Of a DNA stretch of 64,000 nt, positions 10,671 to 21,153 are shown piece after piece; position 1 is the first letter of the stretch, and every line of letters starts with the position of its first letter. The stretch comes from an uncultured delta proteobacterium (GTDB taxonomy: Bacteria; Myxococcota_A; UBA9160; UBA4427). The stretch covers positions 576,001-640,000 of the forward strand of contig CAWGJT010000006.1 in the NCBI GenBank assembly GCA_963822965.1, written 5' to 3'. Below the pieces are notes generated by a model. It saw nothing but the letters and a program-made list of their open reading frames with translations. It was not told the DNA's origin and ran no database searches. The translations under genes and the position numbers were made by a program.

Positions 10671-11354
10671 TTGTCGAGAATCGTCGAGCGCGATCTGGAA
10701 GCCCTGCGGGAGCTCGGTCTCAGAATGGCGGGTCTGTCGGAAGCGATCCTGGAGAAGGCCCTGGAAGCGGTCTCCCGCCGGGACGGCCAGCTGGCCGAGG
10801 AGGTCCAGGGCGACGACCTGGCCATCGACCGGCTCGACATCGAGATCGACGAGGCAGTGCTGGAGATCCTGGCCCTGCAGGCTCCCGTCGCCCGGGACCT
10901 GCGGGCGGTGATCGGGGTGAAGAGCGTCGCCACGGACCTCGAGCGCGTGGGGGACCTGGCCCGCAACATCGCCAAGAGCGCCACCCGCCTCGCGAATCGC
11001 CCCAAGGTGCCGGTGCCGCCCCGGCTCGAGCAGCTGGGCGACGAGAGCCGCCGGCAGCTCCGACTCGCCCTCGACGCCTTCGCCAGCGCCGACACCCAGG
11101 CAGCCCGCCGGGTGCTGGCCGGCGAGGCGCTGGTGGACGAACACCAGGACACCGTGGTTCGGGACGCTCTCGAGGAGCTCCAGAGCCGGCCGGAGATCTC
11201 TCCCCAGGAGGTGGACTTCATCCTGATCGCCAAGAGCCTGGAGCGGGTGGCCGACCACGCCACCAACATCGCCGAGGAGGTCGTCCGGATCGCCGAGTCC
11301 CGCAATCTGAAGCACGCCGAGAAGCTCGCCGGCAGAGCGGCGGCGGATGAGTGA
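10671..11354 (+). CDS. phoU: Phosphate signaling protein PhoU
   Basis: TTG start after GGAGGA; LQAPVARDLR, DLERVGDLARNIA, LERVADHATNIAE. Confidence 0.95.
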   Translation: MSRIVERDLEALRELGLRMAGLSEAILEKALEAVSRRDGQLAEEVQGDDLAIDRLDIEIDEAVLEILALQAPVARDLRAVIGVKSVATDLERVGDLARNIAKSATRLANRPKVPVPPRLEQLGDESRRQLRLALDAFASADTQAARRVLAGEALVDEHQDTVVRDALEELQSRPEISPQEVDFILIAKSLERVADHATNIAEEVVRIAESRNLKHAEKLAGRAAADE

Positions 11355-11420
11355 CCCCCCGAAGGAGCCCCGTCTCCGCCCGCCGTGCCCGGCCCGGCCG
11401 AGACGCAGTGGAGGCCCGCA

Positions 11421-12110
11421 GTGACAGCAAGAATCCTCGTCGTCGAGGACGAGCCCGACATCCAGGAGCTCATCCGGTACCACCTCGACCAGGCCGGGTT
11501 CCAGGTCGAGACCGCCAGCAACGGCAACGTCGCCCTGCAGGCCCTGCGCCGCCGCCGCCCCAACCTGGTGGTCCTCGACCTGATGCTGCCGGACCGTTCC
11601 GGCACCGAGCTGTGCCGGGAGATCCGCTCCGATCCCGACCTGAAGGAGCTGCCGATCATCATGGTGACGGCACGCACGGACGAGGTCGACCGCCTGGTGG
11701 GCTTCGAGCTGGGCGCCGACGACTATGTCGCCAAGCCCTTCAGCCCGCGGGAGCTGACCCTGCGGGTCCGGGCGGTGCTGCGCCGTTCCTCCACCACCGC
11801 CGAGGCCGGCGAGGCGCCGGAGGTGCTGCAGCACGGCCCGCTGAGCCTCGACGTCGCGCGCCACCGCTGCCAGGTCTCCGATCGCAAGGTCGAGCTCACC
11901 GCCAAGGAGTTCCAGCTCCTGCGCATGCTGATGTCCCGCCCGGGGCGGGTCATGAGCCGGGAACGGCTCCTGGACGAGGTGTGGGGCCCGGACGTGACCG
12001 TCACCCTGCGCACCATCGACACCCACATGAAGCGCCTGCGAGAAAAGCTGGGCGAAGCAGGCGCACTCATCGATACCATCCGGGGAGTCGGTTACCGCTT
12101 CGCGGAGTAA
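11421..12110 (+). CDS. phoB: OmpR-family response regulator PhoB
   Basis: ILVVEDE, LDLMLP, GADDYVAKPFSP, RTIDTHMKRLREKL, TIRGVGY; pst/phoU context. Confidence 0.92.
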   Translation: MTARILVVEDEPDIQELIRYHLDQAGFQVETASNGNVALQALRRRRPNLVVLDLMLPDRSGTELCREIRSDPDLKELPIIMVTARTDEVDRLVGFELGADDYVAKPFSPRELTLRVRAVLRRSSTTAEAGEAPEVLQHGPLSLDVARHRCQVSDRKVELTAKEFQLLRMLMSRPGRVMSRERLLDEVWGPDVTVTLRTIDTHMKRLREKLGEAGALIDTIRGVGYRFAE

Positions 12111-12118
12111 CCCCTTTC

Positions 12119-13882
12119 GTGCCTCGGATCCAGCTCAAGCTCATGGGCGCCCTGGCCGTCCTGGTGTTGGCGATCATCGCCATCGTGGGCGTCGTCGCCG
12201 AGCGGGGTCTGCGAGCGCGCGAGCTGTCCCGGATCGAGCGCAACCTCGAGGTGCGCGCGGGGCTCGTCCGGGAAGCCCTGGGCGCCGAGCCCCGGACCGA
12301 CGTCGCGAGCCTGGACGCCATGGCCGACGAGGCCGGCGAGGCCGCCCACGCCCGGGTCACCCTCATCGAGCGCAGCGGGCGCGTGGTGGGCGACTCGGAG
12401 GTTCCGACCGAGCTGCTGCCGACCCTGCAGAACCACGCGGACCGCCCCGAGGTGATCGCTGCACTGGCCGGCCGGGTGGGCGTGAGCAGCCGCACGAGCG
12501 CCACCGTGCGCCAGCCGCTCCTCTATCTGGCCCTGCCGCCCGACCCGAGCCAGCACGACCTCGTCGTCCGGCTCGCCATCGACACGGCGGAGGTGGACAC
12601 GGCCACCTCGGAGCTGCGGGCGGGGCTGGCCCTCGCCGGTCTCGTAGGACTGGTGGGCGCCCTGGCGCTGTCCTTCGTGATCACGCGGCTCACCCTGCGT
12701 CCGGTCGAGGAGCTTCGCAACGTCGTCACGGACATCGCCAACGGCAAGCTCGAACGCCGGCTGCGCTGGAACACCCGGGACGAGCTCGGCGAGATCGCCG
12801 GGTCGATCAACCAGGTGGCCGAGCAGCTGCGGGGGCGGTACGACGACGCCGCCGCGGAGAAGACCCGGCTCGAGGCCGTGCTGGGCAGCATGGTGGAAGG
12901 CGTCCTCGTGCTGGACTCCCGCGGTCACATCACCCTGGCGAACCGCCGCCTGCAGGAGCTGCTGGACGTCTGGCTCGACCCGCGCGGCAAGACGCCCCTC
13001 GACCTGATCCGCAGCGAGGCGATCCACCAGACCCTGTCGAACGCCACCACCAGCGGCGAGCCCCAGGTGCGCGAGCTCGAGGTGGGCCGGCGCGTCCTGC
13101 TCGTCCACGCGGCCGGCTTGCCCCCGGCGGGCGGCGGGGGGTGCGTGGCCGTCTTCCACGACGTCACCCAGATCCGCAAGCTCGACCAGGTGCGGCGCGA
13201 CTTCCTCGCCAACGCGTCCCACGAGCTGCGGACGCCGCTCACCTCCATCCAGGGCTTCGCGGCGACCCTGCAGCAGAACGATCTGCCCGAGAAGGACCGT
13301 CGCAGCTTCGTCGAGGTGATCGCCCGCAACGCGGAGCGCCTCTCCCACCTGATCGACGACCTGCTGGAGCTCTCGCAGATCGAGGGAAGGCGCGAGCCGC
13401 TCCGCCGCTCGGAGATCGACGTGGCCCACATCGCCAGGACGCTACTCGAAGACCTGGGGCCGCGTCTCGCCCAGCGCTCGCTGCAGGCGGAGATCCATGC
13501 CGAAAGCCCGCCCCGGGCCTGGGGAGACCGCCGTGCCGTCGAGCAGGTCCTGACCAACCTGCTCGACAACGCCGTGAAGTACACCGACGAGGGCGGCCGC
13601 ATCGACGTGACCCTGCGGGCCGACGGCGCGAGGCTCCAGGTGGTCGTCCAGGACACGGGCCTCGGCATTCCCGAGGACGAGGTGGACCGGGTCTTCGAGC
13701 GCTTCTACCGGGTGGACAAGGCGCGCTCGCGCGCGCTCGGCGGCACGGGGCTGGGGCTCTCCATCGTGAAGCACCTGCTCCAGGCCATGAACGGGGAGAT
13801 CCGCCTGGACAGCAAGATCGGCGAGGGGTCGCGCTTCACGTTCTGGCTGCCCGCCGCCCCACCCGCCCCCGCCCGGGCCTGA
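12119..13882 (+). CDS. phoR: Sensor histidine kinase PhoR (TM-HAMP-PAS-HisKA-HATPase)
   Basis: RRDFLANASHELRTPLT, NLLDNAVKY, DTGLGI, FERFYRVDKARSR..GGTGLGL; GTG 12119. Confidence 0.92.
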   Translation: MPRIQLKLMGALAVLVLAIIAIVGVVAERGLRARELSRIERNLEVRAGLVREALGAEPRTDVASLDAMADEAGEAAHARVTLIERSGRVVGDSEVPTELLPTLQNHADRPEVIAALAGRVGVSSRTSATVRQPLLYLALPPDPSQHDLVVRLAIDTAEVDTATSELRAGLALAGLVGLVGALALSFVITRLTLRPVEELRNVVTDIANGKLERRLRWNTRDELGEIAGSINQVAEQLRGRYDDAAAEKTRLEAVLGSMVEGVLVLDSRGHITLANRRLQELLDVWLDPRGKTPLDLIRSEAIHQTLSNATTSGEPQVRELEVGRRVLLVHAAGLPPAGGGGCVAVFHDVTQIRKLDQVRRDFLANASHELRTPLTSIQGFAATLQQNDLPEKDRRSFVEVIARNAERLSHLIDDLLELSQIEGRREPLRRSEIDVAHIARTLLEDLGPRLAQRSLQAEIHAESPPRAWGDRRAVEQVLTNLLDNAVKYTDEGGRIDVTLRADGARLQVVVQDTGLGIPEDEVDRVFERFYRVDKARSRALGGTGLGLSIVKHLLQAMNGEIRLDSKIGEGSRFTFWLPAAPPAPARA

Positions 13883-13888
13883 GGCACG

Positions 13889-15964
13889 TCACCGCAGCCG
13901 GAGCCGGGTGCGGACGCGTTCGCCCTCGACCTTCGCCGAGACGTCGATGTCGCCGATCGTGATGCGATCCGGCTGCACGCCTTTCTTCTCCAGGCGGCTG
14001 CGGACGGCGTCGGCCCGGCGCCGCGCCAGGATGCGCAGGTCGGCGTCGCCGTCCGCCGCCGGCGCCGCACCGCCCCGGATCTCGATCCCGAGCTTCGGGT
14101 TCGCCACCAGCATGGCCGCCACGGCTTCGAGCTTCGTGGGCTCGTCCCCTTCGAGCTCGTTACGCCCGGCCGGGAACCACGTCTGCTCGAGCTCCTCCGG
14201 CCGGAAGAGCTTGCCTCCCAAGGCGACCATGCCCCCCACCATCTTGAACGGGGTCTGGACGACCCGGGTGATCAGGGTGCGGAGCGTGTCCACCAGGGTG
14301 CCGGTGTAGCTGAAGGCCGGATCGTCGAGATCGCCCTCCACAGGTAGGTCGAGCCGGATGCGGCCGTTGGCGTCCGCCAGCAGGACGGCCGCCGTGGCCA
14401 CCGGCAGGGACGTGGCGTCGGGGCTGGCGACGCTCTTGCCGAAGGCCACCGATTCCAGCGCGACCTCGTTGCGTCCCACCACCCGTGCCTTCTCGACGTG
14501 CACCTCCATCTGCAGGCTGCCGCGACCGGCCTCGAGCTCGCGTCCCACGTAGCGCCCCGTGTAGGGGCTGAAGGACGAGAGCTCGACACCCTTCGCGGAG
14601 AGTGCGAGATCCAGGAACTCGCGCGGCGCCATGGGCGCCAGGGAGCCCTTCACGACGACGGGCGCATAGCCGTCGATGCTGGCCTCCGCTTCGAGTGCCG
14701 TGCGTCCGCCGGGCTCGGTCGTGAAGCCGTCGGCACGGATGCCGAGGTCTTCGAGCGCCACGCGGTACGCAGGCTCGAGCGTCCGGTCCTCGAAGCCCAC
14801 GTTTCCGTTCGTGACCGACATGGGACCGATGCGGACCACGGTCGAGGAAGCGTCGCGCTCGCCGTCCTTCGCGGGGGCGTCGCCCTGGGCCGCTTCGCCC
14901 TCCCGAGCCGAGAAGACCTGCGCGACGTTCAGACCGGAGCTCTCCTGCACCAGCCGCAGCCGGGGTCCGGCGAGATCGACGCTGCCGACCGTGATCGCGA
15001 GGGGCTTGCTCGCGACGTCGATGTCGCGAACGTCGAGACTCTTCCAGGCCAGCAGCGGGGCTTCCACGTTGGGCTCACCCACTGCCAGCGCCTTCACGCC
15101 GAGGGACCCCTGAAAGCGGATGCCACCCGGGGTTTCGGTTCCGGTTGCGAGCTTGCCCTTCAGCCCGAGGCGTCCGTCGCGCAGCTCGAGCCTCGCGAAC
15201 GGCTCGACCCAAGGCTGGAGGGAGGAGAGCGGAAGGCTCTCGAGGTCGACGTCGAGAGCGAGCTGGAGCGGCTCGACGCGCAGCTTGCCTTTCACGCCCA
15301 GGCTGGCCCCGTCGCCGAGATCGACCTGCAGGCTGGCGGGGCCCGCTTCGGAGCCCACATCGGCCCGCAGCAGGCTCGAGAGATCGAGGTCGCTGGCCTC
15401 GAGATCGATGGACGCGATGTCGCGAGTCGCGGGCGGCTCGAGGGTGCGGTCGGCCAGGCGCAGGCGGCCTCCCGCGAGCGCCAGGCGCTGGATCGCGAGC
15501 GCGGCCAGGGGGGGCTCTCTCCCTTCCCGTCCGTCCGGGGCGGGCTCCTCCCGGGGCGCCTCCTCCTCCCCTTCCCCGCCCGCGAGAGGCACCCCGGCCA
15601 CGACCGGCCCGTCCGGGGTGAGGGCGAGCTCGACGAACGGACCCGCGAGAGAGAGCTCTTCCACGATCAGGCTTCGCCGCAGCAGCGCGGGCGTGTCGAC
15701 GTCGATTCGCAGCTCGTCGAAGGAGGCGGTGGGCTCGGCCCCGGGCGGTCCCATGGAGAACCCCGTCACCACGAGCCGCAGCCGGAACGGATCGAACGAC
15801 ACCTCCTTCACCCGGGCTTCCAGGGAGAGCTCTTCGTCGGCCAGGCGCGCGACCTGCGCCGCCAGGACCCGCGGCACGACCCCGTAGCCCAGCGCTGCGT
15901 ACAGCAGCACGAGCCCGACGAGGACCGCCAGAACGATGGCAGCGATGCGAAGCGGGCGGCTCAC
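13889..15964 (-). CDS. DUF748 (AsmA-like) envelope protein with OmpA-like C-terminus
   Basis: N-terminal TM anchor; VSFDPFRLRL; FSPYTGRYVG; IRLDLPVEGDLDDPAFS; LARRRADAVRSRL. Probable GTG start 15964. Confidence 0.85.
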   Translation of the reverse strand: MSRPLRIAAIVLAVLVGLVLLYAALGYGVVPRVLAAQVARLADEELSLEARVKEVSFDPFRLRLVVTGFSMGPPGAEPTASFDELRIDVDTPALLRRSLIVEELSLAGPFVELALTPDGPVVAGVPLAGGEGEEEAPREEPAPDGREGREPPLAALAIQRLALAGGRLRLADRTLEPPATRDIASIDLEASDLDLSSLLRADVGSEAGPASLQVDLGDGASLGVKGKLRVEPLQLALDVDLESLPLSSLQPWVEPFARLELRDGRLGLKGKLATGTETPGGIRFQGSLGVKALAVGEPNVEAPLLAWKSLDVRDIDVASKPLAITVGSVDLAGPRLRLVQESSGLNVAQVFSAREGEAAQGDAPAKDGERDASSTVVRIGPMSVTNGNVGFEDRTLEPAYRVALEDLGIRADGFTTEPGGRTALEAEASIDGYAPVVVKGSLAPMAPREFLDLALSAKGVELSSFSPYTGRYVGRELEAGRGSLQMEVHVEKARVVGRNEVALESVAFGKSVASPDATSLPVATAAVLLADANGRIRLDLPVEGDLDDPAFSYTGTLVDTLRTLITRVVQTPFKMVGGMVALGGKLFRPEELEQTWFPAGRNELEGDEPTKLEAVAAMLVANPKLGIEIRGGAAPAADGDADLRILARRRADAVRSRLEKKGVQPDRITIGDIDVSAKVEGERVRTRLRLR

Positions 15965-16001
15965 GGCATGCGAAGCGGGTGGTTTCGGCGGACCCGGAGC
16001 A

Positions 16002-16960
16002 TCAGAAGTCGTAGACGAGGTTCGCGTAGTAGCGCCGGTCGTTGCGGGCCTCGTCGGTCTCGTGGGCATCGTAGATGTATACGCCTCCAAGCTTGAAGGC
16101 CAGGCCCTCGATGTAGCCGATCGAGATCTTCCACTCGGCCCGCGACTCGAGCCGGAAGTTGGGCAGGTCCAGGAAGTCGGGCTGGTAGCTGGTGTCCCAG
16201 GAGAGCTTCATTCCCTCCATCATGTTCCAGGCGAGCTGAGCCGCGAGCAGACCGTTCCACTCCGTGCGCACCGGGTCGTCTCCGATCTTCGTGCAGATGA
16301 ACGGGTCCGTGGGATCGGATTCGGGTCCCGTCGAGACGCAGCTCTTCGCGCGATCGTCCGTCAGGGTCTGGGCGATGCCGGTACCGGCGCGACCGATCAC
16401 GTTCCAGGTCGTCGGTCTCGAGGAACTGGTAGCCCATGCCGCCGTCGAGGCCGAGGCGGTGGTTCCAGTCCTGCTCGGCGTCGTAACGATAGAAGGGCGA
16501 GAGGAACGGGAAGAAGTCTTGGTCGGGGATCAGGAAGTCGTGGAGTGTAACGGGTGTCGAACTGGTTGTCGGTCGTGTCCCCCGCGCTGCTCGCGAGGAA
16601 GTAGCGAGCCACGTAGTTCATCCGGAAGCGCTCGGTCTGGCGGTTCAGCGAGAAGCTCGCATTGACGTTCGTGTCCTTCGACTTGCCGCTGGAGCCCGAC
16701 CAGCCGGCGGACAGGGACTTCGTCCAGCCTTCGAGGAAGGTCGTGCCGAACACGCCCGGCTTCACCCCGTCGGGCGGCTTGATCTCGCTCTTCGGGATCT
16801 CGATGCGCCCGAGCACGGCGTGCTCCAGGACGACCGTGTCCTCGGTCTCGAGGATGATCGATCCCTCGAGCTTCTCTCCGCTCTTGAGCTCGACCGTCTC
16901 GGCCTGGGCCGAGCCACAGAAGACGAGCCAGACGGCCAGCGCCGTCGCCGCGATTCGCAT
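16002..16960 (-). CDS. DUF481/YdiY-like outer-membrane beta-barrel protein, interrupted by two apparent frameshifts (~16545, ~16407)
   Basis: Three consecutive frames join: signal peptide MRIAATALAVW...GWSGSSGKSKDTN...DNQFDTRY / HDFLIPDQDF...RYDAEQDWNHRLGLDGGMGYQF / WNVIGRAGTG...ANLVYDF (C-terminal Phe, beta-signal). Confidence 0.75.
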
Positions 16961-17137
16961 CTCACCACCCCTCGTACGAGTCTCCGGCGAAGTGCATGCT
17001 CCACCGGCGCCGCGACCGCCCCGGGACTCGCGGGGCACGCATTCTGGGGCAGGCCCGAGCGGGGGTCAACGCGGGGAGACCGCTTCGAAGGGCTCCCCGG
17101 ACTCCCAGTCAGCCCAGGGGCGGACCGGGAGGGATTT

Positions 17138-18007
17138 CTACACGACGAAGCGCCAGGCGTCGCCGTCGCGGACGATGCGACCCGCCGACGGGGTGGCGAA
17201 GTGTGTGCCGAACACCAGGGTGGGGGTGTCCGCGTAGCGCTCGAGGAACGCGCGGCGGGTGGCCCGGGCGGTCTCCGGCTGCCAGTCGGCGCTGCTCTCC
17301 CACTCGGGGTGCGCGCACTGCACCGGGTGGTGCATGAGATCGCCGGTGATGACGGCTTCGTACCCCGCCGAGGAGATGCGGACGCTCACGTGGCCCGGCG
17401 TGTGGCCCGGCGTGGGCTCCAGCCGGACCTCGTCCGTGACGGCGTGGTCGACGGCCACGAAGTCGACGAGCCCCGCCTCCACCACCGGGTGCACCGAGTC
17501 GCCCATCACGTCGCCGTAGCGGGTGTCGGCCTCCTTGGCCCAGTAGTCGAACTCGGTGCGTCCGAAGAGGTAGCGGGCGTTCGGGAAGGTGGGCACCCAG
17601 CGGCCTTCCTCCAGGCGCGTGTTCCAGCCGACGTGGTCCACGTGCAGGTGCGTGCACAGCACGCGGTCGACGGACTCGGGCGCGTGTCCGGCCTCGGCCA
17701 GATCCTCGAGGAAGGGGCCCGTCCGCTCGTTCCAGCCGGGAATCGGACGCTGCTTGTCGTTGCCCACGCAGGTGTCGACGAGCACCTTGCAGCCTCCGCT
17801 CTCGATCACCAGCGCGTGGACGCTCATGGAGGCGATGCCCGCAGCGTCGGCGAAGTGCGGCTGCAGCCAGGTCTCCTTCGCGAGATTCTCGGGTGTGGCC
17901 TGGGGGATGATCCAGGTGGCGGGGCCGGGAATCTCGAGCTCCACCACCCGGGTGACGGTGACGTCTCCGATCTTCCAGCGTCGAAAGATCTGGTCGCTCT
18001 TCGCCAT
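17138..18007 (-). CDS. MBL-fold metallo-hydrolase
   Basis: THLHVDHVGWN, TPGHTPGH, GDLMHH, GTHF. Confidence 0.93.
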   Translation of the reverse strand: MAKSDQIFRRWKIGDVTVTRVVELEIPGPATWIIPQATPENLAKETWLQPHFADAAGIASMSVHALVIESGGCKVLVDTCVGNDKQRPIPGWNERTGPFLEDLAEAGHAPESVDRVLCTHLHVDHVGWNTRLEEGRWVPTFPNARYLFGRTEFDYWAKEADTRYGDVMGDSVHPVVEAGLVDFVAVDHAVTDEVRLEPTPGHTPGHVSVRISSAGYEAVITGDLMHHPVQCAHPEWESSADWQPETARATRRAFLERYADTPTLVFGTHFATPSAGRIVRDGDAWRFVV

Positions 18008-18060
18008 CGCACGGTCCTCCTGCTTCGGCCCTGGGGGAAGGGCGAGTATACTGGTCCGCG

Positions 18061-18826
18061 GTGCCGCGACCCCGACTCTCCCTCGTGCGCGCGCTGCTGC
18101 GCGGCCCGGCTCGGGCGCTGTGCGGGCTTCTCGTCGCCTGGGCGGCTCCGGCGGTGGCCGGACCGCCGCTCGTCACCGACGGGTACCGCGGCGCCGGGAG
18201 AGCTGCAGGCGATCCTGGCGGGATCCGGCAGCGAGCGCGGGGCCGCGAAGTCGTTCCAGGCACCCCTCGTGGATCTCGCCTACGGCCTGATTCCGGGATT
18301 CGAGCTCGACGTCGTGCTGTCGGTCAACCACGCGGACGACAGCCGGAAGGCGAGCCTCGGGTACAACGCCACCCTGCTGCTGCTGGGCTTCAAGTGGCAG
18401 CTCGTCGCGCACGAGCGTTGGACGGTCGCCGTCACCCCCGCCGGCGGGCTCGATCTCGACGACCTCGACAACGCCACGGGCTTCGTGCCCGTGGAGGTGG
18501 AGTACCGGCCGGACCGCTGGCGCCTCGGTGGCGAGGCGGGATACGTGCCCCAGCAGGGTGGGCCCGACGGCTGGCAGGCCGGCGCCTACGCGGCGCGCGG
18601 CTTCGACGCCGGCAGCGAGCTGATGGGTGAGATCTGGTGCGCGGCCCTCCGCGACGTGGACGATCCGTCGGTCAACTGGCAGCTGGGTGTCGATTGGGCC
18701 GCCGAGCCCTGGCTGCATGTGCTGGCGGCCGGCGGCACCGGCACCGTGGGAGGCGGAGGTGGCCCGCGCCGGGGCTGGACCGCCTACCTGGGCGTGCAGC
18801 TCCTGGTGCACCCGTTCGATCCCTGA
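18061..18826 (+). CDS. Putative outer-membrane beta-barrel/transporter protein, frameshifted near 18181
   Basis: Signal peptide frame (...WAAPAVA-GPPLVTD) switches to the +1 frame (GTAAPGELQ...LAYGL...GFKWQL...AYLGVQLL), with amphipathic beta-strand pattern. Confidence 0.6.
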
Positions 18827-18876
18827 CAGGGCCCCGCGCGCGAGGGGCGCGGGGAGCCCCGTCGGGGCGCGGCGGC

Positions 18877-19515
18877 TCAGTCGTCTCCGCCGCCGTTCAG
18901 CAACGCGCACGCCTCGTGGACGAACTCGAGGGTCGCGCGCTCGTCCTGGGCGATGGTCTGCAGCATGAACTGGGTCTCGGGGTCGTGGTCGAGGCGCGCC
19001 GCCATGTCGAAGATGGGCTGGATCGCCGCATCCACGTCCGGGAACTGCTTCACGAAGTCGGCGATCTTGCGGGCGTCGCCCTTCGCGGAGTCGCCGGCGC
19101 CCCGCATGGTCTCCTGGTAGACGGCCTCGGGAATCTCGAAGCTCGGCGTGGCGCCGAGCTCCTTCAGGCGCGCCTCGAGCAGGCGGGCGTGCATGCCCTC
19201 CCGCTGCTGGATGGTGCGCAGGCCGCCCTTCACGCAGGCCCGGTCGGAGACCTGGATCCAGGCGCCGAGGGACGCCTCGCCGAGCGCCTCGCCAGCCCGG
19301 AACTGGTCGAGGAACGCGACGAGCGCGTCGTGGGAGACCGCCGGGGGGGATGCCGGGGCTCCCTCGCGCTTCTCCAGGCGCTCGAGCCGCTCGACGATCT
19401 CGTCCTGCTGTCTGCGGATCTTCGAGAGCTTCTTGTCGATCTTCTTGAAGAAGTCGCGGGCCTCCTTGCCGGCGTGCCTCTCCTCGTGCTCGTGCTCGTG
19501 CTTGTCCTTGGACAT
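18877..19515 (-). CDS. Ferritin-like domain protein with His/Glu-rich, coiled-coil N-terminus
   Basis: MSKDKHEHEHEERH...; FRAGEALG...QQREGMHARLL...IAQDER four-helix pattern. Confidence 0.7.
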   Translation of the reverse strand: MSKDKHEHEHEERHAGKEARDFFKKIDKKLSKIRRQQDEIVERLERLEKREGAPASPPAVSHDALVAFLDQFRAGEALGEASLGAWIQVSDRACVKGGLRTIQQREGMHARLLEARLKELGATPSFEIPEAVYQETMRGAGDSAKGDARKIADFVKQFPDVDAAIQPIFDMAARLDHDPETQFMLQTIAQDERATLEFVHEACALLNGGGDD

Positions 19516-19648
19516 GGGGGGCTCCTCGCGCGGGGGGTCGGGCTCGGGATGCAGCCGTCCGGAACAGCGTAGTCGAAGCCGGCCGGATCCGGGAAGGCGG
19601 GATTCCGGTAGAATGACGAATCCCAGCTTCCTTCCCAGGAGACCCCCC

Positions 19649-20512
19649 ATGAAGTTCGGCCTGATGTTCGTCAATTCCGGGCCCTTCTCGGTACCCGAGA
19701 CCTTCGACACCCTGGTCCGCACCGCCGACGAGGTGGGCTTCGAGTCGCTCTGGACCGTCGAGCACGTCGTGGTCCCCGTGGGCTACGAGTCCGAGTACCC
19801 GTACAGCCCGACCGGCAAGATGCCCGGGGACGAGACCTCGCCGATTCCCGATCCGCTGCTGCCCCTGGCCTATGCGGCGGCCGTCACGAAGAAGATCCGC
19901 CTGGGAACCGGCATCCTGATCCTGCCCCAGCGCCACCCCGCCTACGTCGCCAAGGAGTTCGCGACCCTGGACGTGCTCTCCCGCGGGCGCGCGATGGCCG
20001 GCGTGGGCATCGGCTGGCTGCGCGAGGAGTTCGACGTGGTGGGGGTCCCGTTCCGCGAGCGCGCCGCGCGCACCGAGGAGGCCGTGCGCGCCATCCGTTC
20101 CCTGTGGAGCGAAGGCGCGCAGCCCTTCGAGGGTGAGTACTACCGCTGGAAGGCGGTGGAGTCGAACCCCAAGCCCGTGCAGAAGCCCGGCGTGCCCATC
20201 GTCGTCGGGGGCCACGTGGAGGGTGCCGCCCGCCGCGCCGCACGCGTGGGCGACGGCTTCTTTCCGGCGCGGGGCGACCTCCCGACCCTCAAGCCCCTGC
20301 TCGACGCCCTGCGCGACGAGTGCGGCAAGACGGGCCGAAATCCCGACGAGATCGAGATCTCGACGGGTGCGCCCTCCCTCGACCTCGACACCGTTCGGCG
20401 TTACGAGGACCTGGGCGTCGCGCGGCTGGTGATGGCGCCGCCCGCCTTCGACCCCGAGGGCCTGAAGGCCGCCCTGCCGAAGCTCGCCGAGGACCTGATC
20501 CGGAAGGCCTGA
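19649..20512 (+). CDS. LLM-class (probably F420-dependent) oxidoreductase
   Basis: GFESLWTVEHVV, PDPLLPLAYAAAVT..IRLGTGILILPQR, ATLDVLSRGR, GIGWLREEF, PKPVQKP; ATG 19649 after AGGAG. Confidence 0.9.
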   Translation: MKFGLMFVNSGPFSVPETFDTLVRTADEVGFESLWTVEHVVVPVGYESEYPYSPTGKMPGDETSPIPDPLLPLAYAAAVTKKIRLGTGILILPQRHPAYVAKEFATLDVLSRGRAMAGVGIGWLREEFDVVGVPFRERAARTEEAVRAIRSLWSEGAQPFEGEYYRWKAVESNPKPVQKPGVPIVVGGHVEGAARRAARVGDGFFPARGDLPTLKPLLDALRDECGKTGRNPDEIEISTGAPSLDLDTVRRYEDLGVARLVMAPPAFDPEGLKAALPKLAEDLIRKA

Positions 20513-20568
20513 CCCGCGTGCGCCGCGTCGGCGCGCCACGGACGGGAGACGCGGGAGGCCCCATCGGA

Positions 20569-21141
20569 ATGCCGAAGCCGTACGCGCGAAGCGACGAGCC
20601 GGAGCAGCGGAAGGCACCGGAAGGGCGAGAGGAGCAGCTCCTGGCGCGCATCGCCGCCCTCGAGGCGCGCCTCGCCGCCGTGGAGAGCGTGCAGGCGATC
20701 GAGCGGCTGAAGTCGCGCTACGGCCAGCTGGCCGACAGCCGCTATGGACCGGACGGCGTGGTCCCGCGCGAGCGGCTCGAGCGCATCGCCGGCGAGCTCG
20801 CGGCGCTCTTCCACGAGGACGCCGTATGGGACGGCGGCCCGGGCCTCGGGGTCTGCCGCGGGCGCGAGGCGATCCGGCAGCGCTTCCTCGAGCCCACCCT
20901 CTCCTTCTCGTGGCACTACTTCGTGAAGCCCCACATCGAGGTCGAGGGGGACCGTGCACGCGGTACCTGGGACATCCTCGCTCCCTGCACCAGCCGCGAC
21001 GGCCGCGCCCTGTGGATGTCGGGCTTCGAGGAGGACGAGTACGTGTGCCAGGGCGGCATCTGGCTTCACGCTTCGATGAAGCTGGAGCTGGTATTCCTGG
21101 CGCCCCACGACCGGGGCTGGGCGAAGCGCCCGCCGGGCTGA
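20569..21141 (+). CDS. SnoaL-like / NTF2-family protein
   Basis: IERLKSRYGQLAD...LFHEDAVWD...GREAI...HYFVKPHIEVEGDRARGTW...DEYV. Confidence 0.85.
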   Translation: MPKPYARSDEPEQRKAPEGREEQLLARIAALEARLAAVESVQAIERLKSRYGQLADSRYGPDGVVPRERLERIAGELAALFHEDAVWDGGPGLGVCRGREAIRQRFLEPTLSFSWHYFVKPHIEVEGDRARGTWDILAPCTSRDGRALWMSGFEEDEYVCQGGIWLHASMKLELVFLAPHDRGWAKRPPG

Positions 21142-21153
21142 GATCTCCGCGCG

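Noticed and set aside
11351..13882. 843-aa extended PhoR and similar apparent fusions (2699..5479, 28687..30516, 37452..38936, 50434..53835, 54903..57713)
   Set aside because: The N-terminal extensions overlap real genes in other frames; better internal starts with RBS or stop/start overlaps exist.
16397..16560. Programmed ribosomal frameshifting or homopolymer phase variation at the broken genes
   Set aside because: No slippery heptamer or long simple-sequence tract at any breakpoint.
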